DNA from: an uncultured Nitrospiraceae bacterium
Lineage (GTDB): Bacteria; Nitrospirota; Nitrospiria; Nitrospirales; Nitrospiraceae
Direction: 5' to 3'
NCBI GenBank assembly: GCA_963846575.1
Contig: CAWJWJ010000002.1
Span: forward strand, 2,336,001-2,400,000
Length of the DNA: 64,000 bases
Part shown: piece after piece, positions 39,229 to 48,745 of the stretch
Layout: every line of letters begins with the position of its first letter
Position numbering within the stretch: position 1 is the stretch's first letter
Program-made: the position numbers and the translations under genes
Notes under the pieces: generated by a model
Database searches by the model: none
Told to the model about the DNA's origin: nothing
What the model saw: only the letters and a program-made list of their open reading frames with translations

Positions 39229-41226
39229 CTATTGCGTCAATTCCAACGCCTTGAGCTTCAGGGCCCTGATCCGATTCCGTAACTCGGCTGCCCGTTCAAA
39301 CTCCAACTTCTTCGCGGCCGCCTTCATCTCAATCTCCAGCCTCTGAACCAATCGCGCGACATCCTCATCGGATTTGTAGGAGGCCGGCGCTTCCGCCGCG
39401 ATGTCCAGCTGAACATAATCCAATTCGCCCGTTGCATAGTCGAGCGTCGGGATACTTTTCCTGATGCTCTCAGGTGTAATCCCATGGGCCGCATTGTAGG
39501 TCTCTTGAATATGACGCCTGCGCATCGTTTCCTCGATGGCCCTCCGCATGGACTCGGTCACGGTATCACCGTAAAAAATCACGCGCCCTTCCAGGTTTCG
39601 TGCTGCGCGTCCCGCCGTTTGAATCAACGACCGATGCGACCGGAGATACCCTTCTTTATCCGCATCGAGAATCGCCACCAAACTGACTTCGGGCAAATCG
39701 AGGCCCTCCCGCAGGAGATTGATCCCGACCAGCACGTCAAACACGCCGCGCCGAAGGTCCCGGATAATCTCCGCCCGCTCCAAGGTCTTGATATCCGAAT
39801 GCAGATAACGCACCTTCACCCCGAGATCGTGATAATACTCCGTGAGATCTTCGGCCATCCGCTTGGTGAGGGTCGTGACCAGGACGCGATGCCCCTTCGC
39901 CGCTTCCCCGCGCACTTCGGCCAGCAAGTTATCCACCTGCCCCTTCGCTGAGCGCACGTCTATGAGGGGGTCCATCAGACCGGTCGGGCGAATAATCTGC
40001 TCGATCACCTCGCCCTTGCCGTGGTCCAACTCATAGAGACCCGGTGTGGCTGACACATAAATCACCTGCTTCAGCATCCGCTCGAATTCGGTAAACTTGA
40101 GCGGACGATTATCGACGGCGGACGGCAGCCGGAAGCCATAGTCCACGAGCGTCCGTTTCCGAGAAAAGTCGCCTTCGTACATGCCCCCGACCTGCGGCAC
40201 CGTTGCATGGGACTCATCGATGATCAACAGGAAGTCCTTGGGAAAATAATCCAGCAGCGTCGGGGGGGGGTCCCCCGGTGCACGCCCGCTCAAGTGACGC
40301 GAATAGTTCTCGATCCCATGGCAATACCCCATAGCACGAATCATCTCGAGATCGAACTTGGTCCGCTGCTCGATCCGCTGGGCCTCGAGCAACTGGCCGT
40401 TCTTCCTGAATGCCGCCACTCGCGCCTCCAGCTCCTCCTCTATTCCCGTGATCGCCCGTTCGTACCGGTCTGGCGCAATGAGATAGTGCGTGTTCGGATA
40501 AATGGCAATTTTGGGCAACTTACCCAGCGATTTCCCGGTAAGCGGATCGATCTCATGGATCGCATCCACGACATCGCCAAACAGTTCGATGCGCACTGAT
40601 TTTGCTTCTGATGAAGCCGGAAAAATCTCGATCACATCGCCTCGCGCACGAAACGTGCCGCGGTGAAAGTCCACGTCGTTGCGGGCATACTGGATATCAA
40701 CCAGTTTCGCCAGGATCTTTTCGCGCCGCGTCTCCATGCCTTCTTCGAGGTACACCAGCATGTCGTGGTACACCTCCGGTGACCCGAGGCCGTAAATACA
40801 TGACACCGACGAGACGATCAGCACGTCGTTGCGCTGCAGCAATGAGGTCGTCGCCGCGTGGCGCATCTGGTCGATCGCGTCGTTGATCGACGCATCTTTG
40901 GCAATATACGTGTCGCTCTGGGGGATGTAGGCTTCCGGCTGATAATAATCGTAATAACTGATGAAATACTCGACGGCATTGCGGGGAAAGAATTGCTTGA
41001 ATTCCTGATAGAGCTGACCGGCCAGCGTCTTATTATGCACGAGGACCAGCGTCGGCTTCTGTACCCGTTCGACAACATTCGCCATCGTGAAGGTCTTGCC
41101 GGAACCGGTGACCCCGAGCAAAACCTGATGCTGCTTCCCGGCCTGGATTCCGGACGCCAGCTTTTCAATGGCTTGTCCCTGATCACCGCAGGGTTTGAAC
41201 GGAGCTTCGAGTTTAAAAGGAGGCAT
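39229..41226 (-). CDS. uvrB: Excinuclease ABC subunit B
   Basis: [35 protein letters not shown] and C-terminal UVR domain. Start set at ATG 41226. Confidence 0.98.
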   Translation of the reverse strand: MPPFKLEAPFKPCGDQGQAIEKLASGIQAGKQHQVLLGVTGSGKTFTMANVVERVQKPTLVLVHNKTLAGQLYQEFKQFFPRNAVEYFISYYDYYQPEAYIPQSDTYIAKDASINDAIDQMRHAATTSLLQRNDVLIVSSVSCIYGLGSPEVYHDMLVYLEEGMETRREKILAKLVDIQYARNDVDFHRGTFRARGDVIEIFPASSEAKSVRIELFGDVVDAIHEIDPLTGKSLGKLPKIAIYPNTHYLIAPDRYERAITGIEEELEARVAAFRKNGQLLEAQRIEQRTKFDLEMIRAMGYCHGIENYSRHLSGRAPGDPPPTLLDYFPKDFLLIIDESHATVPQVGGMYEGDFSRKRTLVDYGFRLPSAVDNRPLKFTEFERMLKQVIYVSATPGLYELDHGKGEVIEQIIRPTGLMDPLIDVRSAKGQVDNLLAEVRGEAAKGHRVLVTTLTKRMAEDLTEYYHDLGVKVRYLHSDIKTLERAEIIRDLRRGVFDVLVGINLLREGLDLPEVSLVAILDADKEGYLRSHRSLIQTAGRAARNLEGRVIFYGDTVTESMRRAIEETMRRRHIQETYNAAHGITPESIRKSIPTLDYATGELDYVQLDIAAEAPASYKSDEDVARLVQRLEIEMKAAAKKLEFERAAELRNRIRALKLKALELTQ

Positions 41227-41233
41227 CCGGGTC

Positions 41234-41242
41234 ATCTTAGCA
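41234..41242 (-). promoter_or_regulatory. Extended -10 element for uvrB (leaderless candidate)
   Basis: Minus strand reads TG-C-TAAGAT, with ATG 41226 following after 7 nt. Confidence 0.5.
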
Positions 41243-41285
41243 CGCATGCTGGCCTGATCGCTCCCCTTGACAGACTCCTCCCGCT

Positions 41286-41304
41286 ATGTAACGATTCGTT
41301 ACAT
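41286..41304. promoter_or_regulatory. Perfect 9-1-9 palindrome, putative operator of the XRE-S24 repressor
   Basis: ATGTAACGA-T-TCGTTACAT overlaps the -10 region of a TTGACA promoter (41267) and the ATG at 41303. Confidence 0.75.
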
Positions 41305-41848
41305 GCACGCCATAGACCTAAAACGAGCGCGGCAGGCGCTTGGACTTACCCAGAATCAGCTGGCCGACCGGCTGAAAACCACCCGTCAGACCATCGCCCG
41401 GTACGAAATCGGCACCCATAAGATCCCATTTGCCGTTCGGTTGGCGATTGATCACCTCACGTCCGCCGCACACATTCCCCTCGCCGGCCTGGTGGCGGCC
41501 GGCGATCCCATCGAACCGATCCTCCAGACCGAACTCGTCGAAGTTCCCCCCGGCATGATGGGCCGAGGAGAAACCTTTGCATTACGAGTAAAAGGGGAGT
41601 CGATGCGGGATGAGGGCATTCTCCCCGGCGACCTTGTCATCGTCCAGAAACAAGGCACGGCCCGGAACGGCCAGACCGTGATTGCGATCGTCAACAACGA
41701 TGCCACGATCAAAACATATTACCGGAAAGGCTCATCCATCGAACTGCGCCCGGCCAATGACACAATGAAACCGATTACGATCCACGCGACTGATTCCTTT
41801 CGCATCGAAGGGCTCGTCATTGGCGTCATTCGCTACTGCAAACGATAG
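41303..41848 (+). CDS. XRE/Cro-C1 HTH plus S24 autopeptidase repressor (non-canonical LexA-like)
   Basis: LKRARQALGLTQNQLADRL...TIARYE HTH; VAAG cleavage site, GESM catalytic Ser and TIK catalytic Lys. Confidence 0.9.
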   Translation: MHAIDLKRARQALGLTQNQLADRLKTTRQTIARYEIGTHKIPFAVRLAIDHLTSAAHIPLAGLVAAGDPIEPILQTELVEVPPGMMGRGETFALRVKGESMRDEGILPGDLVIVQKQGTARNGQTVIAIVNNDATIKTYYRKGSSIELRPANDTMKPITIHATDSFRIEGLVIGVIRYCKR

Positions 41849-41872
41849 GCTTCGTCCCGATTTTTTAAAGCA

Positions 41873-43054
41873 ATGGATCGCCAGATTGTCTGCCTTGCCG
41901 TACCGTCATTTGAACTGGCACTCGCGCGCCTGGCCGAGCCCCGCCTCCGCCACCAGCCGGTCGGCCTCGCCCCAGCCCCACGCCCACGCAACCGGCTGAA
42001 TGAAGTGTCTCCCGAAGCCATGGCCGACGGTCTGTATCCGGGCATGACGGTCCAGCAGGCGCTACAACGCTGTCCCGCGCTTCATATTCTGACACCGAAT
42101 TGGGTCCGTACGACTCAGGCTCACGCAACGCTTTCCCATATCGTGACCCGGTATGCACCGGTCTGGGAACCCACAAGCCCCGGCGCGTTTCTCTTGGATT
42201 TAACCGGCACGACACGGCTCTTCGGTCCCACCTGCGATACCGCTGCACGCCTGCAGCGGGACATCGCGATGCAGGTCCATCTCGACGGCGTGCTAGGAAT
42301 CGGCAGCAACAAACTCGTTGCTCAGACCGCCGCCGGCCTGGTGCAACCAGCGCAGCTTTATGAGGTCCGCCACGGGTCCGAACGGGCTTTCATGGCGCCC
42401 TTGTCAATCGAGACGCTGCCGCTCCTCCATCGTCCGCAGATGACACAAATCCGACGATGCTTGGCCGATCTGAATCTCCGGACATTCGGCGACGTGGCTG
42501 ACATCCCTCTTCCCGCGCTCGACATTGCCGTCGGAAAATGGGCCGCCCCATTGCTGCGTTGGGCACAAGGCATCGACTCCACCCCGATCATACCCCCGCC
42601 GGTTCAACCTGAACTCACATGCTCACACGTGTTACAGCCAGATACCAACGACGACCGCATTCTGTGGAACCGTCTAGCCGATCTGCTCGAAGAGCTCTGC
42701 CGGACACTGCGCACTCGACAACGAGTCTGTCGACAACTGGCCCTGACGGTCCGCTATAGCGATCACATCACGACGGGGGGACACCGGACAATCGACCCCG
42801 CCAGTTATTGGGATATCGATCTGAGGCCATCGCTCCAGGCCTTATTCCGGCAATGCGTTCGTCGCCGCATCAGCATGAGCATGCTCACGCTGAGCGCCAG
42901 TGGACTGACCGACCCTGCTGAACAATGCAACCTATTTGACGTCATCGAACCGACTCATCAGCTTCGAATCCGTGCACAACAACTGACGCTCGCTCTCGAC
43001 CGCCTGCGAACACGTTTTGGCAACGGCATTATTCGTTACGGCAGACATCATTGA
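41873..43054 (+). CDS. ImuB-like, catalytically inactive Y-family polymerase
   Basis: DinB-like layout (GLYPGM, FLLDLTG, GIGSNKLVA, LDRLRTRFG), but the catalytic Asp/Asp-Glu positions read LAVPSF and TSPGA; QCNLF clamp-like motif. Confidence 0.82.
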   Translation: MDRQIVCLAVPSFELALARLAEPRLRHQPVGLAPAPRPRNRLNEVSPEAMADGLYPGMTVQQALQRCPALHILTPNWVRTTQAHATLSHIVTRYAPVWEPTSPGAFLLDLTGTTRLFGPTCDTAARLQRDIAMQVHLDGVLGIGSNKLVAQTAAGLVQPAQLYEVRHGSERAFMAPLSIETLPLLHRPQMTQIRRCLADLNLRTFGDVADIPLPALDIAVGKWAAPLLRWAQGIDSTPIIPPPVQPELTCSHVLQPDTNDDRILWNRLADLLEELCRTLRTRQRVCRQLALTVRYSDHITTGGHRTIDPASYWDIDLRPSLQALFRQCVRRRISMSMLTLSASGLTDPAEQCNLFDVIEPTHQLRIRAQQLTLALDRLRTRFGNGIIRYGRHH

Positions 43055-43069
43055 AAGCGACGATCCACC

Positions 43070-46000
43070 ATGCGTTCTTCCTTCGTTCATCTGCATGTCC
43101 ATTCATCCTATTCGCCGATGCAGGGCGTCCCGTCACTCGAAGCTCTCTGCCAGGCCGCGCGCGCGCAAGGCAGTGACACCCTGGCGCTCACCGATACGAA
43201 CGGCCTGTATGGCGCCATTCGATTTCTCGATATCGCCCGTGCATCCGGGATCAAACCGATTCTTGGCGCAGAACTGACGTGCCCCGCCCACCGCGCAGTC
43301 CTGCTGGCCAAAACATCCGCCGGCTACGGCAATCTCTGCCGCATCCTTTCTGCCCGCCACAGCGACGATGCCTTCGACTTCGTCCCGACGGTCACTCGAC
43401 ACCGGGCCGGGCTGATCCTCCTTTCCGATGATCAATCGGCACTCACTGAGTGGCACCGTGATTCACCGGATGATCTGTTCGTCGAACTGACTCCGGGACC
43501 GGACATGGCCAATGCCCTGGCCTTCAGCCGCCGATCAGGATTGCCGCCTGTCGCAACGACGCGTGCGCAATTCCTGACTCCATCCGACTATCACATCCAC
43601 CGGCTCTTGCGTGCCATTGCGCGGAACACCACGCTCTCCCGATTGCCCGACGACGACTGTTGCACACCTACCCACTGGCTGATGCCGCCGTCACATATCG
43701 CACGGCAGTTTCCCCATTCGCCTGAATCCCTCGCTAACAGTCGGCACATCGCCGACAGGTGCGACACCGAGTGGAATTTCAGAGATACGATCTTCCCTTC
43801 ATTTCGGCGTCTCTCAGCCACCCAGGCCTTCGATCGTCTTCGCACATCCGCTTACAAAGGGGCGTTACAGCGTTATGGCACGCTCTCGCCTATGGTTTCG
43901 GCACGCATTGAGCACGAACTTTCGGTAATTTGCGACAAAGGGTACGCGGATTATTTTTTGGTCGTCGAAGAGATCGTCCGACAGGCTCCTCGCACCTGCG
44001 GGCGGGGCTCGGCCGCCGCATCAATCATTTCGTACTGTCTGGGCATTACCCACGTCGATCCGATTCGACACAATCTCCTGTTCGAACGGTTTCTCAATCC
44101 CGGCCGTCACGATCCGCCGGATATCGATATCGACTTTCCTTGGGATGAACGAGACGACATTCTCGACTGGGTCTTTGCCCAATACGGCGAACGGTCGGCC
44201 GCCATGGTCGCTAATCAGAATACCCTGGCGATCCGCGCAGCGATTCGCGAAACCGCCAAAGTCTATGGCCTGCCGGCAGTGGAAATCAGCCGTGCCTTGC
44301 CGGGACTATTCCGCCAAGCCGATCTGTATGAATGCAATTCGAACAAGCCTTCTCGACAGTGGGCCGCAACACTTTGTCAAGGCGTACAACTCCGCCCGCC
44401 CTGGCCGGAGATCCTGCAATGGGCCGTTCAACTCGAAGGACATTTTCGCAATTTGGGCCTGCATTGCGGGGGCATCGTCCTGGTGCCGGACGAAATTCGC
44501 CGGTATGTGCCGGTCGAACGATCTGCCAAGGGTCTACCGGTCATTCAATGGGAGAAAGACCAAGCAGAAGAGGCCGGCCTCGTAAAAATCGACCTCCTGG
44601 GCAATCGGTCGCTGGCCGTTATTCGTGACGCGCTGGCTGCCGTCGCCAGCCATACAGGCCGGCAGATCGATTATGTCACGTGGGATCCGCTCTCCGACGT
44701 ACCGGCTAAAACGTTAATTCGCCGGGGGGACACCATGGGCTGCTTCTACGTGGAATCTCCCGCCACGCGGCTCCTGCTCAAAAAACTCTGGACCACCATG
44801 CCGGCCGCACGGCAGGCACTGGCCGATGACTTCGAATACCTGACGATCGTTTCCTCTATGATCAGGCCGGCCGCGCACCGGTTCTCCGACGATTTTGTTC
44901 GCCGTGCACATGGTCAGCCGTACCGCATCCTCCATCCGGCCTTACACGATGTGTTGGGTGAGACCTTTGGCATCATGGTCTATCAGGAAGATGTGATGAA
45001 CGTGGCCGTCGCGTTAGGAGGGTTTTCGATCGAGGACGGCGATCAATTGCGAAAAGTGCTCAGCAAAAAACACAAGCAACGACAGCTCCACGATTACCAA
45101 CGACAGTTTTGCGCCGGTGCCCTGGCCCGGGGAACCAGCGTGCCCGTCATCGAGCAGATCTGGGCCATGATCATGAGTTTTGCCGGTTATAGTTTTTGCA
45201 AACCCCATTCGGCCAGTTATGCGCAAGTATCATTTAAATCCGCCTATCTTCGCGCCCACTATCCGGCCGAATTCATCGCAGCAGTCATCAGCAACCAGGG
45301 CGGTTTCTATTCGACGTTTGCCTATTTGTCGGAAGCACGGCGAATGGGACTGACGATCCTGCCGCCGGATCTCAATGAAAGTGACTGGGTCTATCAGGGA
45401 CAGGCACGGGAGGTCCGCGTGGGGTTGATGCAGGTCAAAGGCCTTCGGCAGGATCTCGTCACGGCGTTAGTCGCGCAACGTACCACGGGGGGGCCCTTTC
45501 GATCGCTGCAGGATTTTCTAGACCGGCTCCACCCCGATCCTTCCCAGATTCGATTGCTCATCAAAGCCGGCTGTTTCGACCGCATTGCCGGCGAACTCAC
45601 CAGACCGGCCTTGTTCTGGCGTCTGCTGGCCTGGCAGCACCAACCATCTCCCGGCTATCTGCCTATCCCGCCGGAATACTCACCATCCAGGCTGATTGCA
45701 CAGGAGATCGATACGTTCGGCTTTCCTCTCCGATGCCATCCGCTCGACCTGATTCCTCTCACACACATCCCGCCCGGTACGATTGCGGCCTGTGACATGG
45801 GACAACACATTGGCTGTTCGATTACCATGCTGGGCGTTCTGATTACGGAAAAGGTCGTCCACACAAAACAGGGCGTCCCGATGGAGTTTGTCAGTTTTGA
45901 AGATCTGACAGGGCTGTACGATGCGACCATCTTTCCAGCTGTCTATCGACGGACCTGTCATCTGCTTGCCACGAACCAGGCCTATATCATTGAAGGAGTC

Positions 46001-46108
46001 GTCGAGGCGCACTTTGCCGCCGTGACGCTGACCGTCACGGCGATTCGGAAGGTGTCACACCGGCCTGAAACGCAGCCGGCCTGTTCGCCCACTGGTCGGC
46101 CGATGTGA
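43070..46108 (+). CDS. dnaE2: Error-prone DNA polymerase III alpha (DnaE2/ImuC-like)
   Basis: PHP HLHVHS, GRGSAAAS, PPDIDIDF, KIDLLG, YSFCKPHS and C-terminal OB fold; about 1010 aa; follows the imuB-like gene. Confidence 0.9.
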   Translation: MRSSFVHLHVHSSYSPMQGVPSLEALCQAARAQGSDTLALTDTNGLYGAIRFLDIARASGIKPILGAELTCPAHRAVLLAKTSAGYGNLCRILSARHSDDAFDFVPTVTRHRAGLILLSDDQSALTEWHRDSPDDLFVELTPGPDMANALAFSRRSGLPPVATTRAQFLTPSDYHIHRLLRAIARNTTLSRLPDDDCCTPTHWLMPPSHIARQFPHSPESLANSRHIADRCDTEWNFRDTIFPSFRRLSATQAFDRLRTSAYKGALQRYGTLSPMVSARIEHELSVICDKGYADYFLVVEEIVRQAPRTCGRGSAAASIISYCLGITHVDPIRHNLLFERFLNPGRHDPPDIDIDFPWDERDDILDWVFAQYGERSAAMVANQNTLAIRAAIRETAKVYGLPAVEISRALPGLFRQADLYECNSNKPSRQWAATLCQGVQLRPPWPEILQWAVQLEGHFRNLGLHCGGIVLVPDEIRRYVPVERSAKGLPVIQWEKDQAEEAGLVKIDLLGNRSLAVIRDALAAVASHTGRQIDYVTWDPLSDVPAKTLIRRGDTMGCFYVESPATRLLLKKLWTTMPAARQALADDFEYLTIVSSMIRPAAHRFSDDFVRRAHGQPYRILHPALHDVLGETFGIMVYQEDVMNVAVALGGFSIEDGDQLRKVLSKKHKQRQLHDYQRQFCAGALARGTSVPVIEQIWAMIMSFAGYSFCKPHSASYAQVSFKSAYLRAHYPAEFIAAVISNQGGFYSTFAYLSEARRMGLTILPPDLNESDWVYQGQAREVRVGLMQVKGLRQDLVTALVAQRTTGGPFRSLQDFLDRLHPDPSQIRLLIKAGCFDRIAGELTRPALFWRLLAWQHQPSPGYLPIPPEYSPSRLIAQEIDTFGFPLRCHPLDLIPLTHIPPGTIAACDMGQHIGCSITMLGVLITEKVVHTKQGVPMEFVSFEDLTGLYDATIFPAVYRRTCHLLATNQAYIIEGVVEAHFAAVTLTVTAIRKVSHRPETQPACSPTGRPM

Positions 46109-46119
46109 TGTACAAAAGC

Positions 46120-46656
46120 TCAGGGCGTCTTGCTTTCAGGGAGATCCGAGGCGTCGCCCTTTTCAACTTTGACGATATTGACGTCGAACGTGAGGGTCTT
46201 CCCGGCCAGTGGATGATTGAGGTCAATGAGCACCTTCTTGTCATTCACTTCTAAGACTTTCACTAACCGATTGTCCGCGGCTTGCAGAATATCTCCGACC
46301 TTCACGTCCTTAGGGAGTTTCTCTCTCTCAACGGACTGTCGCAACTTATTGTTGTAGGGACCATAGGCATCCTGTGCCGGCACGTCAATGCGTCGTTTTT
46401 GACCGGCCTTCATTCCGTCGAGGGCCTTCTCAAGGCCGGGAACAATTTCATGCGCGCCCTGCACGAACGTGATCGGCGCCTGGCCGACATTCGAATCGGC
46501 CACGGACTTGTCCGGAAGGGTCAAGGTATATTCCAGTGACACTTTCATGCCATCGGCAATGGCTACGTCGCTTTGAGCGTAGGCCATCCCGCTGAATGCT
46601 TGCCCGCTGCCCAGGGCTATCGCCAAACCCAGCAACAGGTTCCGTCCATGTCTCAT
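46120..46656 (-). CDS. Exported FKBP-type (SlyD-like) peptidyl-prolyl isomerase
   Basis: Signal peptide ending AYA; PGLEKAL, AYG and DLNHPLAGKTLTF. Confidence 0.9.
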   Translation of the reverse strand: MRHGRNLLLGLAIALGSGQAFSGMAYAQSDVAIADGMKVSLEYTLTLPDKSVADSNVGQAPITFVQGAHEIVPGLEKALDGMKAGQKRRIDVPAQDAYGPYNNKLRQSVEREKLPKDVKVGDILQAADNRLVKVLEVNDKKVLIDLNHPLAGKTLTFDVNIVKVEKGDASDLPESKTP

Positions 46657-46716
46657 TCACGCTCCTCCTCAATCATGCCTGTCCAGCAATTCCAGCCGAG
46701 CAAGGCGGTTCCTCAA

Positions 46717-48039
46717 CTACTGGCCACGACGTGGCGCGGCGGGACGATCAGAGCGCCAGCCTCGACCACCCTGCCTGGCTCTCGAATCCTGGGGCATCGA
46801 GCTTGGACGCTCTCCTGCCCTGCGCGGCCGAGCCTCGCGACGCCCATCGTGCCTGGATGGACCATTGGACTCAGGCTCGCTTACGGCAGGCGGCAGCGCT
46901 GCTAAGGTAGGCAGCGTCAGTCGACTTGTTTGAATTCGCAAACGGCGAACCATAGCCAAGTACTCACGCTCCTCTTGCGGAGACAAGATCAAAAGCGTCG
47001 CGCCGGCCCGTTCCGCGCGCCCTGTCCGACCGGTGCGATGGACGTATGAGGTAGGATTACCGGGCAATTCATAATGAATGACCTGGGACACCGCCGGAAC
47101 ATCCAGTCCGCGTGCCGCTACGTCGGTCGCCACCAGCGACCGCAGACGCCCTGACCGGAATGCCGTGAGGGTGCGCTCACGTTGCGCCTGGGAATGGTTC
47201 CCTGTAATCGCCCCCACCGACGCCGGCTCTCCACCCAGACGGGCAGCCAAGCGCTTGACTTTGTACTTTTGATCGCAAAAAACCATTGATTGCTCACCGG
47301 TCACCGCCTGCTGGATCAGCGTGTGAATCAGTTGGACTCGCGAGGACTCGCTGGGCACGACGTAATACGCATGGGTGATCGTGGTCGGCGTGTTAACGCC
47401 AGGATCAACCGCTGTGCGAGCAGGATTCTTCAGCATCGATTCAGCAAGCGTCAGAATCTCCGGTGAAAAGGTCGCGGAGAACAACATCGTCTGCCGTTGC
47501 TCTGGCAGCAACTTCAGAATGCGTTGGATATCGCGCAGAAATCCGCGGTCCAACATTTGATCGGCTTCATCCATGACCACATACTCCACGCCGCGCAAGT
47601 CCAGATGTCGCGTGCCTGCGACATCCAACAGACGGCCCGGTGTTCCGATCACAATCAGCGGCGGCTGCCGCAGTGCCCTGTAATGCCGTTCGATGGGAAT
47701 TCCACCATACAGGGCCAGAGACGTCACCGCAGGCGGAGCGTACTTACGAAGTTCCATTTCGATTTGGAGCGCCAATTCACGAGTCGGCGCAAGTACCAGG
47801 GCCCGTGGCAACCGTGACGAGCCACCAGCTTTCCAGCCTTCTTTGACGGCCCGCTCGATCAGGGGAATGAGGAAGGCCAGCGTTTTTCCACTACCGGTTT
47901 TGGCTTGAGCCAACAAATCCCGCCCCTCAAGGGCCAACGGGATGGCAGCCTTCTGAATGGGAGTCGGCGCAGTAAACCCGGCCTGTTGAAGACGCTCAGC
48001 GACAAACGAGGTAAGAGACAATTCGGCAAACGAAACCAT
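46717..48039 (-). CDS. DEAD-box RNA helicase
   Basis: PTPIQ, AKTGSGKT, PTRELA, TPGR, DEAD, SAT, ARGLD and HRTGRTGR; basic disordered tail. Confidence 0.97.
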   Translation of the reverse strand: MVSFAELSLTSFVAERLQQAGFTAPTPIQKAAIPLALEGRDLLAQAKTGSGKTLAFLIPLIERAVKEGWKAGGSSRLPRALVLAPTRELALQIEMELRKYAPPAVTSLALYGGIPIERHYRALRQPPLIVIGTPGRLLDVAGTRHLDLRGVEYVVMDEADQMLDRGFLRDIQRILKLLPEQRQTMLFSATFSPEILTLAESMLKNPARTAVDPGVNTPTTITHAYYVVPSESSRVQLIHTLIQQAVTGEQSMVFCDQKYKVKRLAARLGGEPASVGAITGNHSQAQRERTLTAFRSGRLRSLVATDVAARGLDVPAVSQVIHYELPGNPTSYVHRTGRTGRAERAGATLLILSPQEEREYLAMVRRLRIQTSRLTLPTLAALPPAVSEPESNGPSRHDGRREARPRRAGERPSSMPQDSRARQGGRGWRSDRPAAPRRGQ

Positions 48040-48122
48040 ACAACTTTACTCCTAAATCTCTATCTTGGGAAAACAGGGGCAGCCAATCTGATGGCCCTGC
48101 GAACCAGAGAGAGGACAACACG

Positions 48123-48160
48123 GTAAGAAAGCACAGGGGCTACCCTAGCGGCAGCCCCTG
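48123..48160 (-). terminator. Intrinsic terminator-like hairpin after the RRM gene
   Basis: Minus strand reads CAGGGGCTGCC-gctag-GGTAGCCCCTG-TGCTTTCTT. Confidence 0.65.
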
Positions 48161-48186
48161 AATAGATATAGCGAAACGAGCCCAGC

Positions 48187-48486
48187 TTACTGCCGGCCCC
48201 CGCCCATTCCACGTCCTCCACCCCCACCGGAGCGCGGCTCCTGCGGGCGGGCTTCGTTCACGGTCAAGGTGCGACCACCAAACTGTGTTCCATTCAAGGC
48301 ATTGATCGCTGCTTGCGCCTCAGAATCTCCCGACATTTCCACGAAGCCAAAACCCCTGGACTGTCCAGTAAACTTGTCTGTGATGATGCGCGCCGACGTC
48401 ACCGCCCCGTGCACCGCAAACAAGTCGCTTAATTGCTGCTCGGTGGTTGAATATGGCAAGCCGCCAACGTAGATCTTCGAACCCAT
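48187..48486 (-). CDS. RRM RNA-binding protein with glycine-rich tail
   Basis: RNP2 IYVGGL, RNP1 RGFGFVEM, VNEARP and GGGGGRGMGGG tail; strong AAGGAGG SD. Confidence 0.96.
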   Translation of the reverse strand: MGSKIYVGGLPYSTTEQQLSDLFAVHGAVTSARIITDKFTGQSRGFGFVEMSGDSEAQAAINALNGTQFGGRTLTVNEARPQEPRSGGGGGRGMGGGRQ

Positions 48487-48687
48487 TGGGTTCCTCCTTT
48501 GAGAATAGAATGGTGTTGTCTGGGACTCGAGAAAGAGACGAGGAAGGAATGGGGCGAAGATGCAAACACAGCGGCAATCTTAGCTCTGGCTTCCGAAATT
48601 CCCGGGAAGAACCCAAAACAACATCGGTTCGAGCCCTGTAACGATTTTCTACTTCACCACCAAGGCCCTTCGCAATGAAGCACCTTC

Positions 48688-48716
48688 AATGTATCCTACC
48701 GAATTAGGAAAGGCAA
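48688..48716 (-). promoter_or_regulatory. Putative promoter for the RRM gene, implying a 5' UTR of about 195 nt
   Basis: Minus strand reads TTGCCT-N17-TACATT; the spacer contains TCCTA-N6-TAGGA. Confidence 0.5.
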
Positions 48717-48745
48717 GCCTCAAATGCTCTTGCGAACGCTGCGGC

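Noticed and set aside
41873..43054. Active DinB (Pol IV)
   Set aside because: The acidic catalytic residues of motifs I and III are absent, so ImuB-like fits better.
41303..46108. Prophage or mobile element implied by the cI-like repressor
   Set aside because: No integrase, transposase, phage structural genes or flanking att-like repeats were seen.
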